64,000 nucleotides of DNA from Verrucomicrobiia bacterium (GTDB lineage: Bacteria > Verrucomicrobiota > Verrucomicrobiia > Limisphaerales > UBA1319): assembly GCA_963664225.1 (NCBI GenBank), contig OY760937.1, positions 96,001 through 160,000 on the forward strand, given 5' to 3'. Shown here one piece after another: positions 50,512 to 61,011 of the stretch; position 1 is the stretch's first letter, and each line of letters begins with the position of its first letter. The notes under the pieces are model-generated. The model saw only the letters and a program-made list of their open reading frames with translations. It ran no database searches and was not told where the DNA came from. Both the position numbers and the translations under genes were made by a program.

Positions 50512-51111
50512 ATCTTTTCCCCAACAGGCCTCGTCAAGAGGTTCGGTGTAAACCCTTTGGCCTGCAATGGATCTTGTAAACAATTTTGAGACGTCACTTG
50601 GCCGTTTTTGTTTACGTTTTGGTTCCGACCAGCCTGTTAGGTGGTGTTGGTTTTCCCAACAGACAGGCCAGGTAACGGGCAAAAGAGGGTGCCTTCCCTG
50701 CCGTCAATTCCACGTCAAAAACCGGTTGCTGCGATCCCGTTGGACTGGGGGGCGCGATATTGCACTGCGGTTGAGCCCGATGGTTTTCTGGTGCATTTGC
50801 TGTGGATACATGCAGCCGGCGCTGATTCAGTCCACGAGCCACTTTCGCGATGGAAATCCTTCTCCCCTTATATCGCGGGCGTCATTTGACTTGGGACACT
50901 CCATCCACTACGGTCCAGCTGTGTCTAAACAGCTTGACCACAACCTTGCGGTGTTTGCCTTGCTGATGGCGATCCGGACGCATTTGGATGCGGCCAGACA
51001 CAGGAGTTTATTTGGAAAAACCTTTCGGCGGCGCTTCGCTCATTCCACTGTTTGTCAGGGTATCAACGTGAATGAAGATTTTCTGATGTATTCCTCACGA
51101 GCTTGGGGTTT

Positions 51112-52029
51112 ATGAAGAACTTTGTGTATGCGGTGTTCGTTTGCGCGTTTGCCCAACCGGCGATGGCTTGTGATTTGTGTTCCGTTTACGCGGCAACGGA
51201 AGCGCAGGGGGGAGGCGGCAGGGGTTTGTTTGGCGGAGTTGCCGAGCAATATACGTATTTCAATACTTTTCAGATTGATGGGCACGATGTGCGGGACGTC
51301 GATAATCAATATCTTAAGAGTTCTGTTTCACAGGCATTCGTTGGTTACAATTTCAACAATCGAATAGGCGTCCAGTTCAACCTTCCAGTCATTTACCGCG
51401 AATATGGCACCGCGGTCAAACGAGGCAGTGATTTGGGCATTGGCGATGCCTCGCTGATTGGCAATGTCCGGCTTTATGAAAAACTCACCGAACACTTCAC
51501 ATTCAACTGGACGGCGCTCGGCGGCCTGAAGTTCCCCACTGGTGATTCCAGTCACCTCAACCCGGACGAAGAAGATTTTGCGCCAGGGATCGGTGGCCAT
51601 GATTTGGCACTGGGGTCAGGGTCCTGCGATGGCCTGGTTGGAACGAGCTTTTTTGCAAGATGGAAGCGCGCATTCCTCACCGGGGCCATGCAATACGCAA
51701 TTCGCACCGAGGGGGATTTCAGCTATCAAGCTGCCAACGACTGGACTTGGTCCGGCGGGCCTGGTGTTTACCTTCTGCTGGGGGATACGCACACAGTCTC
51801 ACTGCAAGCCGTGGTATCCGGGGAAAGCAAAGGGCAGGACACCATTGCTGGCGTGGCCACTGATGACACGGCGATTACGGCGGTGTATCTCGGTCCTCAA
51901 GTCAATTTCACATGGTCGAGCAAGCTCAGTGCGCAGATTGGGGCCGACTTACCGGTGAGCATTGTAACGACCGGCCAGCAGATCGTGCCTGATTTCAGGG
52001 TGAGAGCAGGATTGACGTGGCGCTTCTAA
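51112..52029 (+). CDS. Putative outer-membrane beta-barrel transporter with N-terminal CxxC
   Basis: Signal peptide, ACDLC, GIGD, GLKFPTG, LGSGS.DG, terminal GLTWRF. Confidence 0.75.
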   Translation: MKNFVYAVFVCAFAQPAMACDLCSVYAATEAQGGGGRGLFGGVAEQYTYFNTFQIDGHDVRDVDNQYLKSSVSQAFVGYNFNNRIGVQFNLPVIYREYGTAVKRGSDLGIGDASLIGNVRLYEKLTEHFTFNWTALGGLKFPTGDSSHLNPDEEDFAPGIGGHDLALGSGSCDGLVGTSFFARWKRAFLTGAMQYAIRTEGDFSYQAANDWTWSGGPGVYLLLGDTHTVSLQAVVSGESKGQDTIAGVATDDTAITAVYLGPQVNFTWSSKLSAQIGADLPVSIVTTGQQIVPDFRVRAGLTWRF

Positions 52030-52240
52030 ACTCCGTTCCGCGGCGCAAGTTGTGAGGTGAGTTCCTTAAAGGGCGCAACCAGAGAGGGTTATCCGACAGC
52101 AGGTAGCGTTCAACCGGTTGACCACGGGTTGAACGCTGGTCAACCGAAGTGGTGCAAACCAGTTTTTGAGGCAGGTGACCTGGCTTTAAGAACCAGGCCA
52201 CCTTCGTTGTGGAAACAACTGTTGTATTCCGCCGGGAGCT

Positions 52241-54361
52241 CTATTTGCGCAGTCGGAAGAACGCGCTATTGGCTCCAGCGGGGATGGTGACGGTGTTCAG
52301 ATCACCGTTTACGACCACCGCAGGCTGGGGATCGAGATCGACGAAGCCTGTCGAAAGATTGGAGCTGGACTGAACCATCATGTTGGTGAACGACACAGGC
52401 CACGAGAGGAGAACATTCGATCCGGATCGTGAGATCGAGGCCGTAATCAAAGCACGTTCCTCCAGTTCGTAAACCTTGCCATCCAAACCACCCAGCAGCA
52501 TTTTCCTCCCATCGGTCGTCACGTCCAGGCCGAAATATTGCGTGGAGCCACCCGTGAGCGCGTCCAACTGCGCTTTGGTATAAGTGGCATACAACGCTCC
52601 CAGCGTGGTCGCGTCAGTCATTTTATAAACCTGAACGCCGTTGTCGGTCGTCTGCACGTAGAGATACCCATCCCGTTCCAGCACACTCCAAATGCCAAAG
52701 CTGCCGGTGCCGCTCAAAGTGCCCGCATTGCCCAGTAATGTCTCCGCGCCCGTGGCCAGATTGACGGCGTAGAAGTTGGGGTTGGCGTTCAGTCCGGCGT
52801 CTCCGTAGTAGGCGTAGCCGCTGAAAACATCGCCCGTGCGCACATTGCGAATCCGGGTGCTGACGCTGGTCGGGACAAAGCCATCCGCGTTCCATGCGAT
52901 GTTCTTGGTCACGGCAAAGGGTTGGGCGGTCACATCGGCCAGGCACAGGCGCTTTCGGTTCCCGGACGTATAGACGGTGTAGATGATGGTGTCATCGTCC
53001 ACCCAATCGAAAGCATCCACGGTCATGGCATCGGGCGCATCAGCGTTGGCGACCAGATTCCCGGCGAAGTCGTACTGCGTGAACGTCGTCGTGGGCGTCG
53101 CAGCACTGCTCGAGCCGATCAGGTAGGTTGATTTGAATGCCCCGCGGAAGGGTGCCACCATGCGGTGTTCCATGGCCGTATTGGCGCTGTTATCCACGAG
53201 CATCTCCGCCGTTGCGGAGTCTGTGGAATAGCGGCCGAAACAAGGCACATTGACTTGATTGGCGTAGATTTTCCCGTCAAAGAAACGGGGGTTGAACATG
53301 CTGCTGTGGGCGATGCCAAGGTCCGCGCTGGGCTGCACAGTCACATGAACCTGCAATTGTTCCGCCCGGAGCGGCACGCCGCGAACGCCCAGTTGATAGA
53401 CCTTGCCGGCAAGGCCGCTCAGCAGCAGTTTTTTGCCATCGGACGTCACGTCCAGGCCGAAATACTGCGCGGAACCACCCGTCAGCGCGTCCATCTGTTC
53501 CTTGGTGTAGGTGGCATACAACGCACCCAGCGTGGTCGCGTCGGTCATGTTATAGACTTGAATGCCGTTGTCGGTCGTCTGCACGTAGAGATAGCCACCC
53601 CGTTCCAACACGGTCCATACACCAAAGCTTCCCGTGCCGGTCAGCGTGCCCGCATTGCCCAATAATGTCTCCGCGCCCGTGGCCAGATTGAGGGCGTAGA
53701 AGTTGGGATTGGCGTTCAGCCCGGCGTCGCCATAATAGACGTAGCCGCTGAATACATCCCCCTTGCGCACATTGCGAATCCGGGTGCTGACACTGGTGGT
53801 GGCGTAACCATTGGCGTTCCAGGCGGTGTTCTTGGTCACGGAAAAAGGTTCGGCAACCACATCGGCCAGATACAGGCGTTTTCGATTTCCAGAAGTATAG
53901 ACCGCATAGACGACGGTGTCATTGTCCACCCAGTCGAAAGCGTCCACGGAAAGGCTGTCAGGCGCTTCAGCCGTCACAGGATTATTCCCGTCAAAATCGT
54001 ATCGCGTAAAGGTCGTGGTGGGTGTGGCGGCGCTGCTCGAACCGAGTATGTAATTCGTGCTGAGAGTGCCGCGGAATGGGGCCACCATGCGGTGTTCGAA
54101 AGCATTGTCGCCGCTATTATTCACGACCATCTCCGGCGTGCTCGAGTCCGAGGAATAACGTCCGAAACAGGAAACATTGATCTGGTTGGCGAAGATTTTC
54201 CCGTCAAAATAACGGGCGTTAAACATGCTGTTGCCGGCGATATTCAAGTCGGCGCTGGGTTGCACGGTCAATCGAAGCCGCACTTGATCCGGCAGGCTCG
54301 GAGCCCCCTTGGCCAATGAAGCGGCCAGAAAAGCGGCCGCCAGGATTATTTGTGTTTTCAT
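52241..54361 (-). CDS. Secreted protein with two tandem 309-aa beta-rich repeats and an FFRL tail
   Basis: Signal peptide; 927-bp internal period (e.g. 52521 vs 53448). Confidence 0.85.
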   Translation of the reverse strand: MKTQIILAAAFLAASLAKGAPSLPDQVRLRLTVQPSADLNIAGNSMFNARYFDGKIFANQINVSCFGRYSSDSSTPEMVVNNSGDNAFEHRMVAPFRGTLSTNYILGSSSAATPTTTFTRYDFDGNNPVTAEAPDSLSVDAFDWVDNDTVVYAVYTSGNRKRLYLADVVAEPFSVTKNTAWNANGYATTSVSTRIRNVRKGDVFSGYVYYGDAGLNANPNFYALNLATGAETLLGNAGTLTGTGSFGVWTVLERGGYLYVQTTDNGIQVYNMTDATTLGALYATYTKEQMDALTGGSAQYFGLDVTSDGKKLLLSGLAGKVYQLGVRGVPLRAEQLQVHVTVQPSADLGIAHSSMFNPRFFDGKIYANQVNVPCFGRYSTDSATAEMLVDNSANTAMEHRMVAPFRGAFKSTYLIGSSSAATPTTTFTQYDFAGNLVANADAPDAMTVDAFDWVDDDTIIYTVYTSGNRKRLCLADVTAQPFAVTKNIAWNADGFVPTSVSTRIRNVRTGDVFSGYAYYGDAGLNANPNFYAVNLATGAETLLGNAGTLSGTGSFGIWSVLERDGYLYVQTTDNGVQVYKMTDATTLGALYATYTKAQLDALTGGSTQYFGLDVTTDGRKMLLGGLDGKVYELEERALITASISRSGSNVLLSWPVSFTNMMVQSSSNLSTGFVDLDPQPAVVVNGDLNTVTIPAGANSAFFRLRK

Positions 54362-54676
54362 TATTTATTTTTGGTTTGTTTGTTCTGCGAAGATTATTTG
54401 ACGATCGATTGGCGATACACGGGGGCGGGGCAGATTGCCTGGGCATCTGCAAAAGCACGACGAAGTCGCGGCGGATCATTTTTGGACGCGTGCAACATGG
54501 ATTCAATTAACTTCAGGAGCAGAGTCCTTCTCATTTGAGGACGCCCATATATTGAAATAATGGAAATTCCATTTTTTACCCAAACGCGTGCCCGGGTGAT
54601 TAGGTTTTTGACTTCGGCTATGCTGCGAACTCTATATCGTTCATGGCAGTCGTCAAGAACTTTGACAATGGTTAAA

Positions 54677-55312
54677 GGGCGTAAGACAAAATTCTTTGGC
54701 AAGCGAAAAAGTCAGATCTGAAAGGACGACCGCCCTCCCCATGAACCCAAAGTGGGATGTCTTTCATTACAAGTTACATTAAGTGGGTGAAGAAATATCA
54801 ACATGGATAAGCAGGATAGGCAGGATTTTTAACCACGGATGGCACGGATGAGGGAGGAAATGGATAATTGAGTCATCGAAAAAAACGAACACCCTGGATG
54901 CGAATGATGGGATACGAAAAGCCACCTCACCCCGTCCCTCTCCCCAAAGCGGAGAGGGAGGAGTATTGCGAGTCCTGGTTTTTTTGCACGGTTTGGAGGA
55001 TACGGCCGCACCGTGTTGGCGAGGGGACAATTGACATATGACCAAGTGGGTGGTTTGGAGGTGCCGCCGCGTGGGGTATGGAGGGGAGAATGGATAAGTG
55101 ACAATTGATAATGAATAATAATAGAAAAAAAGAAATTGACGCACGCCCTCATCCCGGCCTTCTCCCCCAGGAGAAGGAGGAGTATTGGGGGATATCGGTG
55201 TAATTGGATGGTTTGGGAGCGGCCGCCGCGTGGGGTATGGAGGGGAGAATGGATAAGTGACAATTGATAATGGACAATGATAGAAACAAAGAAATTGACG
55301 CACGCCCTCATC
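54677..55312. repeat. Modular repeat cluster 3 starting with a degenerate MITE B-end
   Basis: GGGCGTAAGACAAAATTCTTTGGCAAGCG resembles 56334 onward, with an internal deletion; the same downstream modules follow. Confidence 0.85.
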
Positions 55313-55396
55313 CTGCAGACCAAGTTGGCCCCCAAACTTGCCGCTTGATATCCTCGTCCCGTCTGCCAACCTGCCGGTTTTAAAGCGCACGTTAAA

Positions 55397-56377
55397 ATGG
55401 CAAAACCACCGACATCGTTCCAAAGACGCCTGCTCAAGGGCCTGTTGATCCTGATGGCCGTTTTTGCCCTTGGCATGGGGACGCTCATCGCGGTGTTCTC
55501 TTATCAGGTTCACCGCGCAAACGGCGAGGTCCTCACGAGTGGAACGAAACGCGCCTACCTGCTGTATGTACCCAAAAGCTACCAGAGCAACCAGCCGACG
55601 CCGCTCGTGATCTGCATCCACGGTTTTGGCGAATGGCCGGCGCACGTCATGGACATCAGCCGCTGGAACCGCCTCGCCGATGAATTTGGTTTCCTGGTGG
55701 TCTATCCCAGGGGCAGCAGATTCCCGCTCCATTGGGCCAGCAATGACCGCCCGAACGAAGGGGTCCGGTCCCGGCGGGATGTGCAGTTCATTTCCGACCT
55801 GATCGACCAGTTGGGCCGTGAATACAACATCGATGCGAAGCGGGTTTACGCCAACGGCCTCTCCAATGGTGGCGGCATGTCGTTTCTGCTCGCCTGCAGG
55901 CTGTCGGAACGCATCGCGGCGATTGGCGGCGTTTCCGGGGCTTACCTCATGCCCTGGAGCGCCTACACCCCGCAGCGTCCAGTGCCGACCATCCTCTTTC
56001 ACGGCACGGCGGACAAAATCGTGCCCTACCACGGCGGCCCCTCGCGCATGTTCAAAGTCCCCTTTCCCGATGTTCCGGAGTGGGTGCAATCGTTGGCGGC
56101 CCGTAATGGCTGCGACCCCACTCCCGTCCCATTGATTCCCGTTGGCGAAGTCACCGGAGTGCGCTATTCGGGCGGCGCGTCAAACGCCGAAGTCGTGTTC
56201 TACACCGTGGCCGGTGGCGGTCATACATGGCCCGGGGGCAAGGATATGCCGGCCTTTATTACCGGGCTCACCACCCACGATGTGGACGCCACCCGACTCA
56301 TGTGGGAGTTCTTCCAGCAACATCCGATGAACAGGGTGCATGACAAAATTCTTCGGCGAGCGAAAAAAGACCTTTAA
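55397..56377 (+). CDS. PHB-depolymerase/LpqC-family esterase
   Basis: PLVICIHG, DVQFI, GLSNGG, HGTADKIVPY, GGGHTWPG, WEFFQQH. Confidence 0.9.
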   Translation: MAKPPTSFQRRLLKGLLILMAVFALGMGTLIAVFSYQVHRANGEVLTSGTKRAYLLYVPKSYQSNQPTPLVICIHGFGEWPAHVMDISRWNRLADEFGFLVVYPRGSRFPLHWASNDRPNEGVRSRRDVQFISDLIDQLGREYNIDAKRVYANGLSNGGGMSFLLACRLSERIAAIGGVSGAYLMPWSAYTPQRPVPTILFHGTADKIVPYHGGPSRMFKVPFPDVPEWVQSLAARNGCDPTPVPLIPVGEVTGVRYSGGASNAEVVFYTVAGGGHTWPGGKDMPAFITGLTTHDVDATRLMWEFFQQHPMNRVHDKILRRAKKDL

Positions 56378-57152
56378 AAGGCCTTGTGAGTATATACGAA
56401 ACAAATATAGCAAGAGTTTCGGGAATGGCCGGGCGCCGATTGAGGGTCCGGCAAAAGTCAGATCTGAAAGGACGACCGCCCTCCCCATGAACCCAAAGTG
56501 GGATGTCTTTCATTACAAGTTACATGGAAAGAAGTGGGTGAAGAAATATCAACATGGATAAGCAGGATGAGCAGGATTTTTAACCACTGATATCACGGAT
56601 GAGGAAATGGATAATTGAGAAATCGACCGGCAGCGAATTACAGAAAAGGGTTGACGCACGCCCTCATCCCGGCCTTCTCCCCCAGGAGAAGGAGGAGTAT
56701 TGCGAGCCCTGGATTTGATGCACGGTTTGGAAGGTGCCGCCGCGTGGGGTTGGTTCATGAAGGAAACTTCAGTTGGAGGGGGAATTAAGGCACGCCCTCC
56801 CCATGAACCCAAAGTGGGATGTCTTTCATTACAAGTTACATGGAAAGAAGTGGGTGAAGAAATATCAACATGGATAAGCAGGATGAGCAGGATTTTTAAC
56901 CACGGATGGCACGGATGAGGAAATGGATAATTGAGAAATCGACCGGCAGCGAATTACAGAAAAGGGTTGACGCACGCCCTCATCCCTTCCTTCTCCCCCA
57001 GGAGAAGGAGGAGTATTGGGAGCCCTGTGTTTATTGCACGGTTTGGAGGATGCCACCGTGCCGGACTACATGCTCCACACCGCCGACTGACGTTCGGGCT
57101 GGGTTCGTACGGTTTAGGCTTTTACCAGCTTCGTGAATTTTGTCATGCACCC
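56334..57152. mobile_element. 819-bp expanded MITE
   Basis: Perfect 18-bp TIRs GGGTGCATGACAAAATTC/GAATTTTGTCATGCACCC; flanks CGATGAACA/CCATGGACA (7/9); internal tandem duplication of roughly 315 bp. Confidence 0.88.
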
Positions 57153-57207
57153 CCATGGACATTCACTGAATTGTTTTCCTCCATCAAACGTCATAAAATC
57201 CATGTTC

Positions 57208-58998
57208 ATGAAAACGAGCCTGTTAAATACTCCGCGCTTTGAAACGCCTGTGCGGTCGGCCATGGGATTGCTCTCGCTCTCCATCCTGCTGCTCTGCGCG
57301 TTGGCCCCGCGCGCCGCCGCCGTGTCGGTGATGATTCAGGACTTTGAGAAAGCCTCGATCCAACCCTCCGTCTGGGTCGTGAACATCCCCAACGAAAACG
57401 CCTCCGTCCAATCTTCCACCGATTCGGCGCATGATGGGAAACAAGGCTTGAAGCTGCATTACCATTTTGTCGGCGCGGGCCAGTTCCAGTACCTCGGCAT
57501 TCCCAACAAGGTCCGCATCCTGGCCCCGGTTCACAAACTCCATCTCTGGATCAAAGGTGACCATTCGCTCTGTTCCCATGGCGTGCAGGTGAACGATGCC
57601 AGCGGCGAGACACACCAATACAAGGGTTCGAGCCTGGGCAAAAACATCGACTTCACCGGATGGAAAGAGGCCGTCATCGATCTGGACGCGAACCACGAAA
57701 CCTGGGGCGGCGATAAGAACGGCAAAATCGATTACCCCATCACCACCATCACCTTCACCGTGGGCCAGCCTCAGGAAAACGAAAAACCGCTCGCCGCCGA
57801 AGGCGACCTCTCCTTCGATTCCCTCAGCGTGGACTCCGAGAAAAGCGCCGACGAAACCCTGGGATGCCAGGTCTCCGTGATCTCGCCCGCCTATTGCGCG
57901 GAGGTGAAGGGCGACACCGCCGTCACTCTTGCCGCCCCCGGTTTCAAGAGCCTGACCGTGAAATGCTGGAAACAGGGCGACGGCTTTGGAGCCGATTCCA
58001 CCCTCGCCACCGTCGATCTCGATGCCAAAGGCGGCGGCTCCTTCGTTTTCCCCGCCGACCAGTATCCGCACGGACCGGTCACCGTGAGAATCGTCGGTCA
58101 GAACGGCGCGGTCAAAGACAACTGCTATCTCCAGCTCTACAACAAGGGCGGCGTTTCCTGGAACGAAGGCATCCCTTCCGACCCACCCCCGGCGGCGAAA
58201 GGAATGTCCCTCGTCTTTGCGGACGACTTCAAGGGGTCTCTCTCCATCTCCAGCACGGACACCAACGCCACCTATTACGATCACAAGCCGCCGGGCGGCT
58301 GGCAGGATTTCAGCGTCCATAATTTCTCCAGCCACGATTCCCCGAAAAACCCCTTTGCCCAGGTCGATTCCTACCTCCGCATCCGGGCCAGCGACCAGAC
58401 CCACAGCGCGGGCCTGATCTCCTCGATGAAAAACAACGCCACCGGCATCACCGCCAGGGCACCCTGTTATTTCGAATGCCGGTTCATTGGCCCCAACGCC
58501 ATCGGCACATGGCCCGCCTTCTGGCTCATGACCGATTACATGACCGCCCAGGTCAAAGGCAAAAAAGTGCCGTGCGATGAACTGGACATTGTGGAAGCCT
58601 ACGGCGGCGAAGGCCCCCGCGAACCCAACGCGTTCGACACCTACATGATCACCCCCCACTGCTGGGATCAGGGCGAGACGGGCAAGGCCATCGAGAAAAA
58701 AGCCTTCGAGGGCCTGCACAACCCGGTTCGCATGGGCCAATCCGGCATTCCCTCCACCTGGTTCGACACCTTCCACACCTACGGCTGCAAAGTCACCGAG
58801 GCGGACACCATTTACTATTGCGACAACATCGAAGTGGGACGCCACGCCACACTCCCGCTCTCCAGGAACCAGCCGCTGTTTTTCCTCATCAACCTCGCCA
58901 CCGGCGGCGGATGGCCCGTCGATCTGTCCCGCTACAATGGCCTGGCGGACATGTATGTGGACTACGTCCGGGTTTACAGCACCGCCCCGGCAAAATAG
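57208..58998 (+). CDS. GH16 glycoside hydrolase with N-terminal CBM-like domain
   Basis: WPAFWL, ELDIVE catalytic motif, FHTYG, INLATGGGWP, VDYVRVY. Confidence 0.88.
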   Translation: MKTSLLNTPRFETPVRSAMGLLSLSILLLCALAPRAAAVSVMIQDFEKASIQPSVWVVNIPNENASVQSSTDSAHDGKQGLKLHYHFVGAGQFQYLGIPNKVRILAPVHKLHLWIKGDHSLCSHGVQVNDASGETHQYKGSSLGKNIDFTGWKEAVIDLDANHETWGGDKNGKIDYPITTITFTVGQPQENEKPLAAEGDLSFDSLSVDSEKSADETLGCQVSVISPAYCAEVKGDTAVTLAAPGFKSLTVKCWKQGDGFGADSTLATVDLDAKGGGSFVFPADQYPHGPVTVRIVGQNGAVKDNCYLQLYNKGGVSWNEGIPSDPPPAAKGMSLVFADDFKGSLSISSTDTNATYYDHKPPGGWQDFSVHNFSSHDSPKNPFAQVDSYLRIRASDQTHSAGLISSMKNNATGITARAPCYFECRFIGPNAIGTWPAFWLMTDYMTAQVKGKKVPCDELDIVEAYGGEGPREPNAFDTYMITPHCWDQGETGKAIEKKAFEGLHNPVRMGQSGIPSTWFDTFHTYGCKVTEADTIYYCDNIEVGRHATLPLSRNQPLFFLINLATGGGWPVDLSRYNGLADMYVDYVRVYSTAPAK

Positions 58999-59304
58999 AA
59001 TCACCCAAACATGTAAAGACCGAACGCCAGCGCAGCGTCTTCGCGCCGGCGTTCCCCTATATATTTAGTGTCCATTAGTTCTAAACAGCGGAATATTCCA
59101 TATGTTTCATTGCTCTTTGCGGTTAACTCCTTTTATATTCATCCCCTCTATTATTAGTGTTTATTAGTGTTAATTAGCGGTTTAATCCATTTGTTTATTT
59201 GCGGTCTATGCGCTCTTTGTGGTTAAATATCCCTAGCCCATTTTTCCCGTAATTCGCGGCTTTATCCCCCTGAGCTCATTCGTTCAGGCCTCATTTGAAC
59301 CGAC

Positions 59305-59340
59305 AAAAAAAACCGCCTCAATTGGAATATTGGGCGGTTT
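59305..59340 (-). terminator. Terminator for the minus-strand pilin/lipoprotein pair
   Basis: A-tract plus AACCGCCTCA...TGGGCGGTT stem. Confidence 0.65.
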
Positions 59341-59384
59341 GCGGAACTGTATCCTTGAGCTTGAGTGTTTTCCCTTATGTTGCC

Positions 59385-59747
59385 TTAGCGCAAGGTTGTC
59401 TTCTTAAGTTCGTCGAGCGCTTTGTTGGCAGCTTCATCCCCATTGCGTGCTGCTTCGTACATCTTATCCGAAAGCGCCTGTGATGTATCCGATACCGCTT
59501 TTCTTTGTTCCGTTGTGAGCGCTGGATTATCGAATACGTTCTTCAGGGCCATGCTGGCGGCAAAGTAATCGTTGCTTTTGAGCAGGCTTTTTGCCTGGTC
59601 CCACTGGCCCTTGACCTCCGCACTTGCAGATTGGAACACCTTGTCGCGGGCCGGATCTACAGTCGTGGTTTTTTTCTCCCCGCCACAGCCCGCCACAAAC
59701 AGCGAGACCGCAGCCGCACCTGCCAATATAACGCTATTAAATCTCAT
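59385..59747 (-). CDS. Hypothetical lipoprotein
   Basis: FVAGC lipobox and helical body; starts 21 bp after the stop of the pilin-like gene. Confidence 0.8.
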   Translation of the reverse strand: MRFNSVILAGAAAVSLFVAGCGGEKKTTTVDPARDKVFQSASAEVKGQWDQAKSLLKSNDYFAASMALKNVFDNPALTTEQRKAVSDTSQALSDKMYEAARNGDEAANKALDELKKTTLR

Positions 59748-59768
59748 ATAATATACCGTTACAGGAAC

Positions 59769-60575
59769 TTATCGCCCATTATCCGTTGCTGGATTGCACC
59801 AAAGCAAACCCTTCGTGGTCTTTAAGGATTCCTTGTCGAAGGTATCAAATTTGATAAACTCGACATGCCCGCCAAATCCGGCAATGACCGCTCCCTTGAC
59901 ATGTTTTTTGCCCACGCCTTCGCCTCTGTCTGGATAGCTGCTGGCGTCATTATACGCGAACTCTCCAATGGGCTGGTTGCCATTGTTCGGATTGAGTTTG
60001 TCTTCGTCAGGCTCCCACATCATATAAGCCGTCGGTTTGAACATGGTTTGCTTAAAGGTGTTGGGTTTTACCTTGGTTACTGCAGTGCTTTTGGTCCCAT
60101 ATCCGCAAACCGCCCCGTTCATGATGTATGTGGACATTTTATTTAGTCGTCTGAAAAAATATTTCCCATTGGTCTTGTCGAGTGGGCAGGTATAGACTTG
60201 GGTCTTCTTGATGAGATTCCACAAAGCACCACCGCTGTATGCCACTTGAGGATTCAAGCGGTTGGCTGCCGACCACATGTCCGGCGGGTTGCCGTTCCCT
60301 GTATAGAGCCAGCCGGCACCTTCAATCGGATCACTGCCCCAGTTGGGATAAGGCAACTGGTCGTTGTTGTCGTTGCAATACATCTGCATGGCCAGTGTGA
60401 ACTGTTTGTTGTTGTTCACGCAGTAGGTGCGGATGCTTTTTTCCTTGGCCTTGGACAGGGCGGGAAGGAGCATGCCGGCAAGAATCGCGATGATGGCGAT
60501 GACGACGAGCAGCTCGATGAGTGTGAACCCCTTGCGGAATCCTCCCTCTTGGATTGGGTATCCAGGTGCTTTCAT
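59769..60575 (-). CDS. Prepilin-type N-terminal cleavage/methylation protein
   Basis: [26 protein letters not shown]-terminal [16 protein letters not shown]. Confidence 0.9.
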   Translation of the reverse strand: MKAPGYPIQEGGFRKGFTLIELLVVIAIIAILAGMLLPALSKAKEKSIRTYCVNNNKQFTLAMQMYCNDNNDQLPYPNWGSDPIEGAGWLYTGNGNPPDMWSAANRLNPQVAYSGGALWNLIKKTQVYTCPLDKTNGKYFFRRLNKMSTYIMNGAVCGYGTKSTAVTKVKPNTFKQTMFKPTAYMMWEPDEDKLNPNNGNQPIGEFAYNDASSYPDRGEGVGKKHVKGAVIAGFGGHVEFIKFDTFDKESLKTTKGLLWCNPATDNGR

Positions 60576-61011
60576 AATTTTGAACATTGGTTGAACAGGT
60601 TTGCCGATTCTTGATCTTTTTCCACGGCGTGTCAACGACACGTTTTTAGAAAGCTCACGCACCGGCTGTAACCAACCATTACTGACACTCAAGCCCCATG
60701 CCAACTGTGCGTTTTAAGGCACATCTCGGGGACTTTTTGCCCGCTTCACCCCATGAAATCACAAAACAGCCCCCCAGAAGCCTTCTTCCCCGCTCCTTTT
60801 CTGCGTTCCACCCGTTTTTTACGGTTAAAAATCCTGTCCATCCTGAATATCCATGTTGAATTCTCTTCGCCAGCCGTCCGCCTAATTCGCTGTTCGCTGT
60901 TTTTTTTCATTTCATTGTCCATTTTCCATTGTCAATTATCCATTTCCCCCCGCCCTCCGCCTTCCGCCCCCCGTCATTTGACAATCCGGGCCCTCCGGCG
61001 ATGTTAAGCCC

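Noticed and set aside
50438..50620. Integrated element at tRNA-Gly (or at tRNA-Arg, 8197)
   Set aside because: No integrase, and no duplicate of either tRNA 3' end was noticed in the window.
52241..54361. DGR template/variable repeat pair
   Set aside because: Both copies are in frame in one gene, differences are not adenine-restricted, and no RT gene is nearby.
57223..59004. 593-aa minus-strand ORF and similar long antisense ORFs (505-1482, 1909-2913, 31074-33293)
   Set aside because: These are shadows of well-supported genes in GC-rich codon usage.
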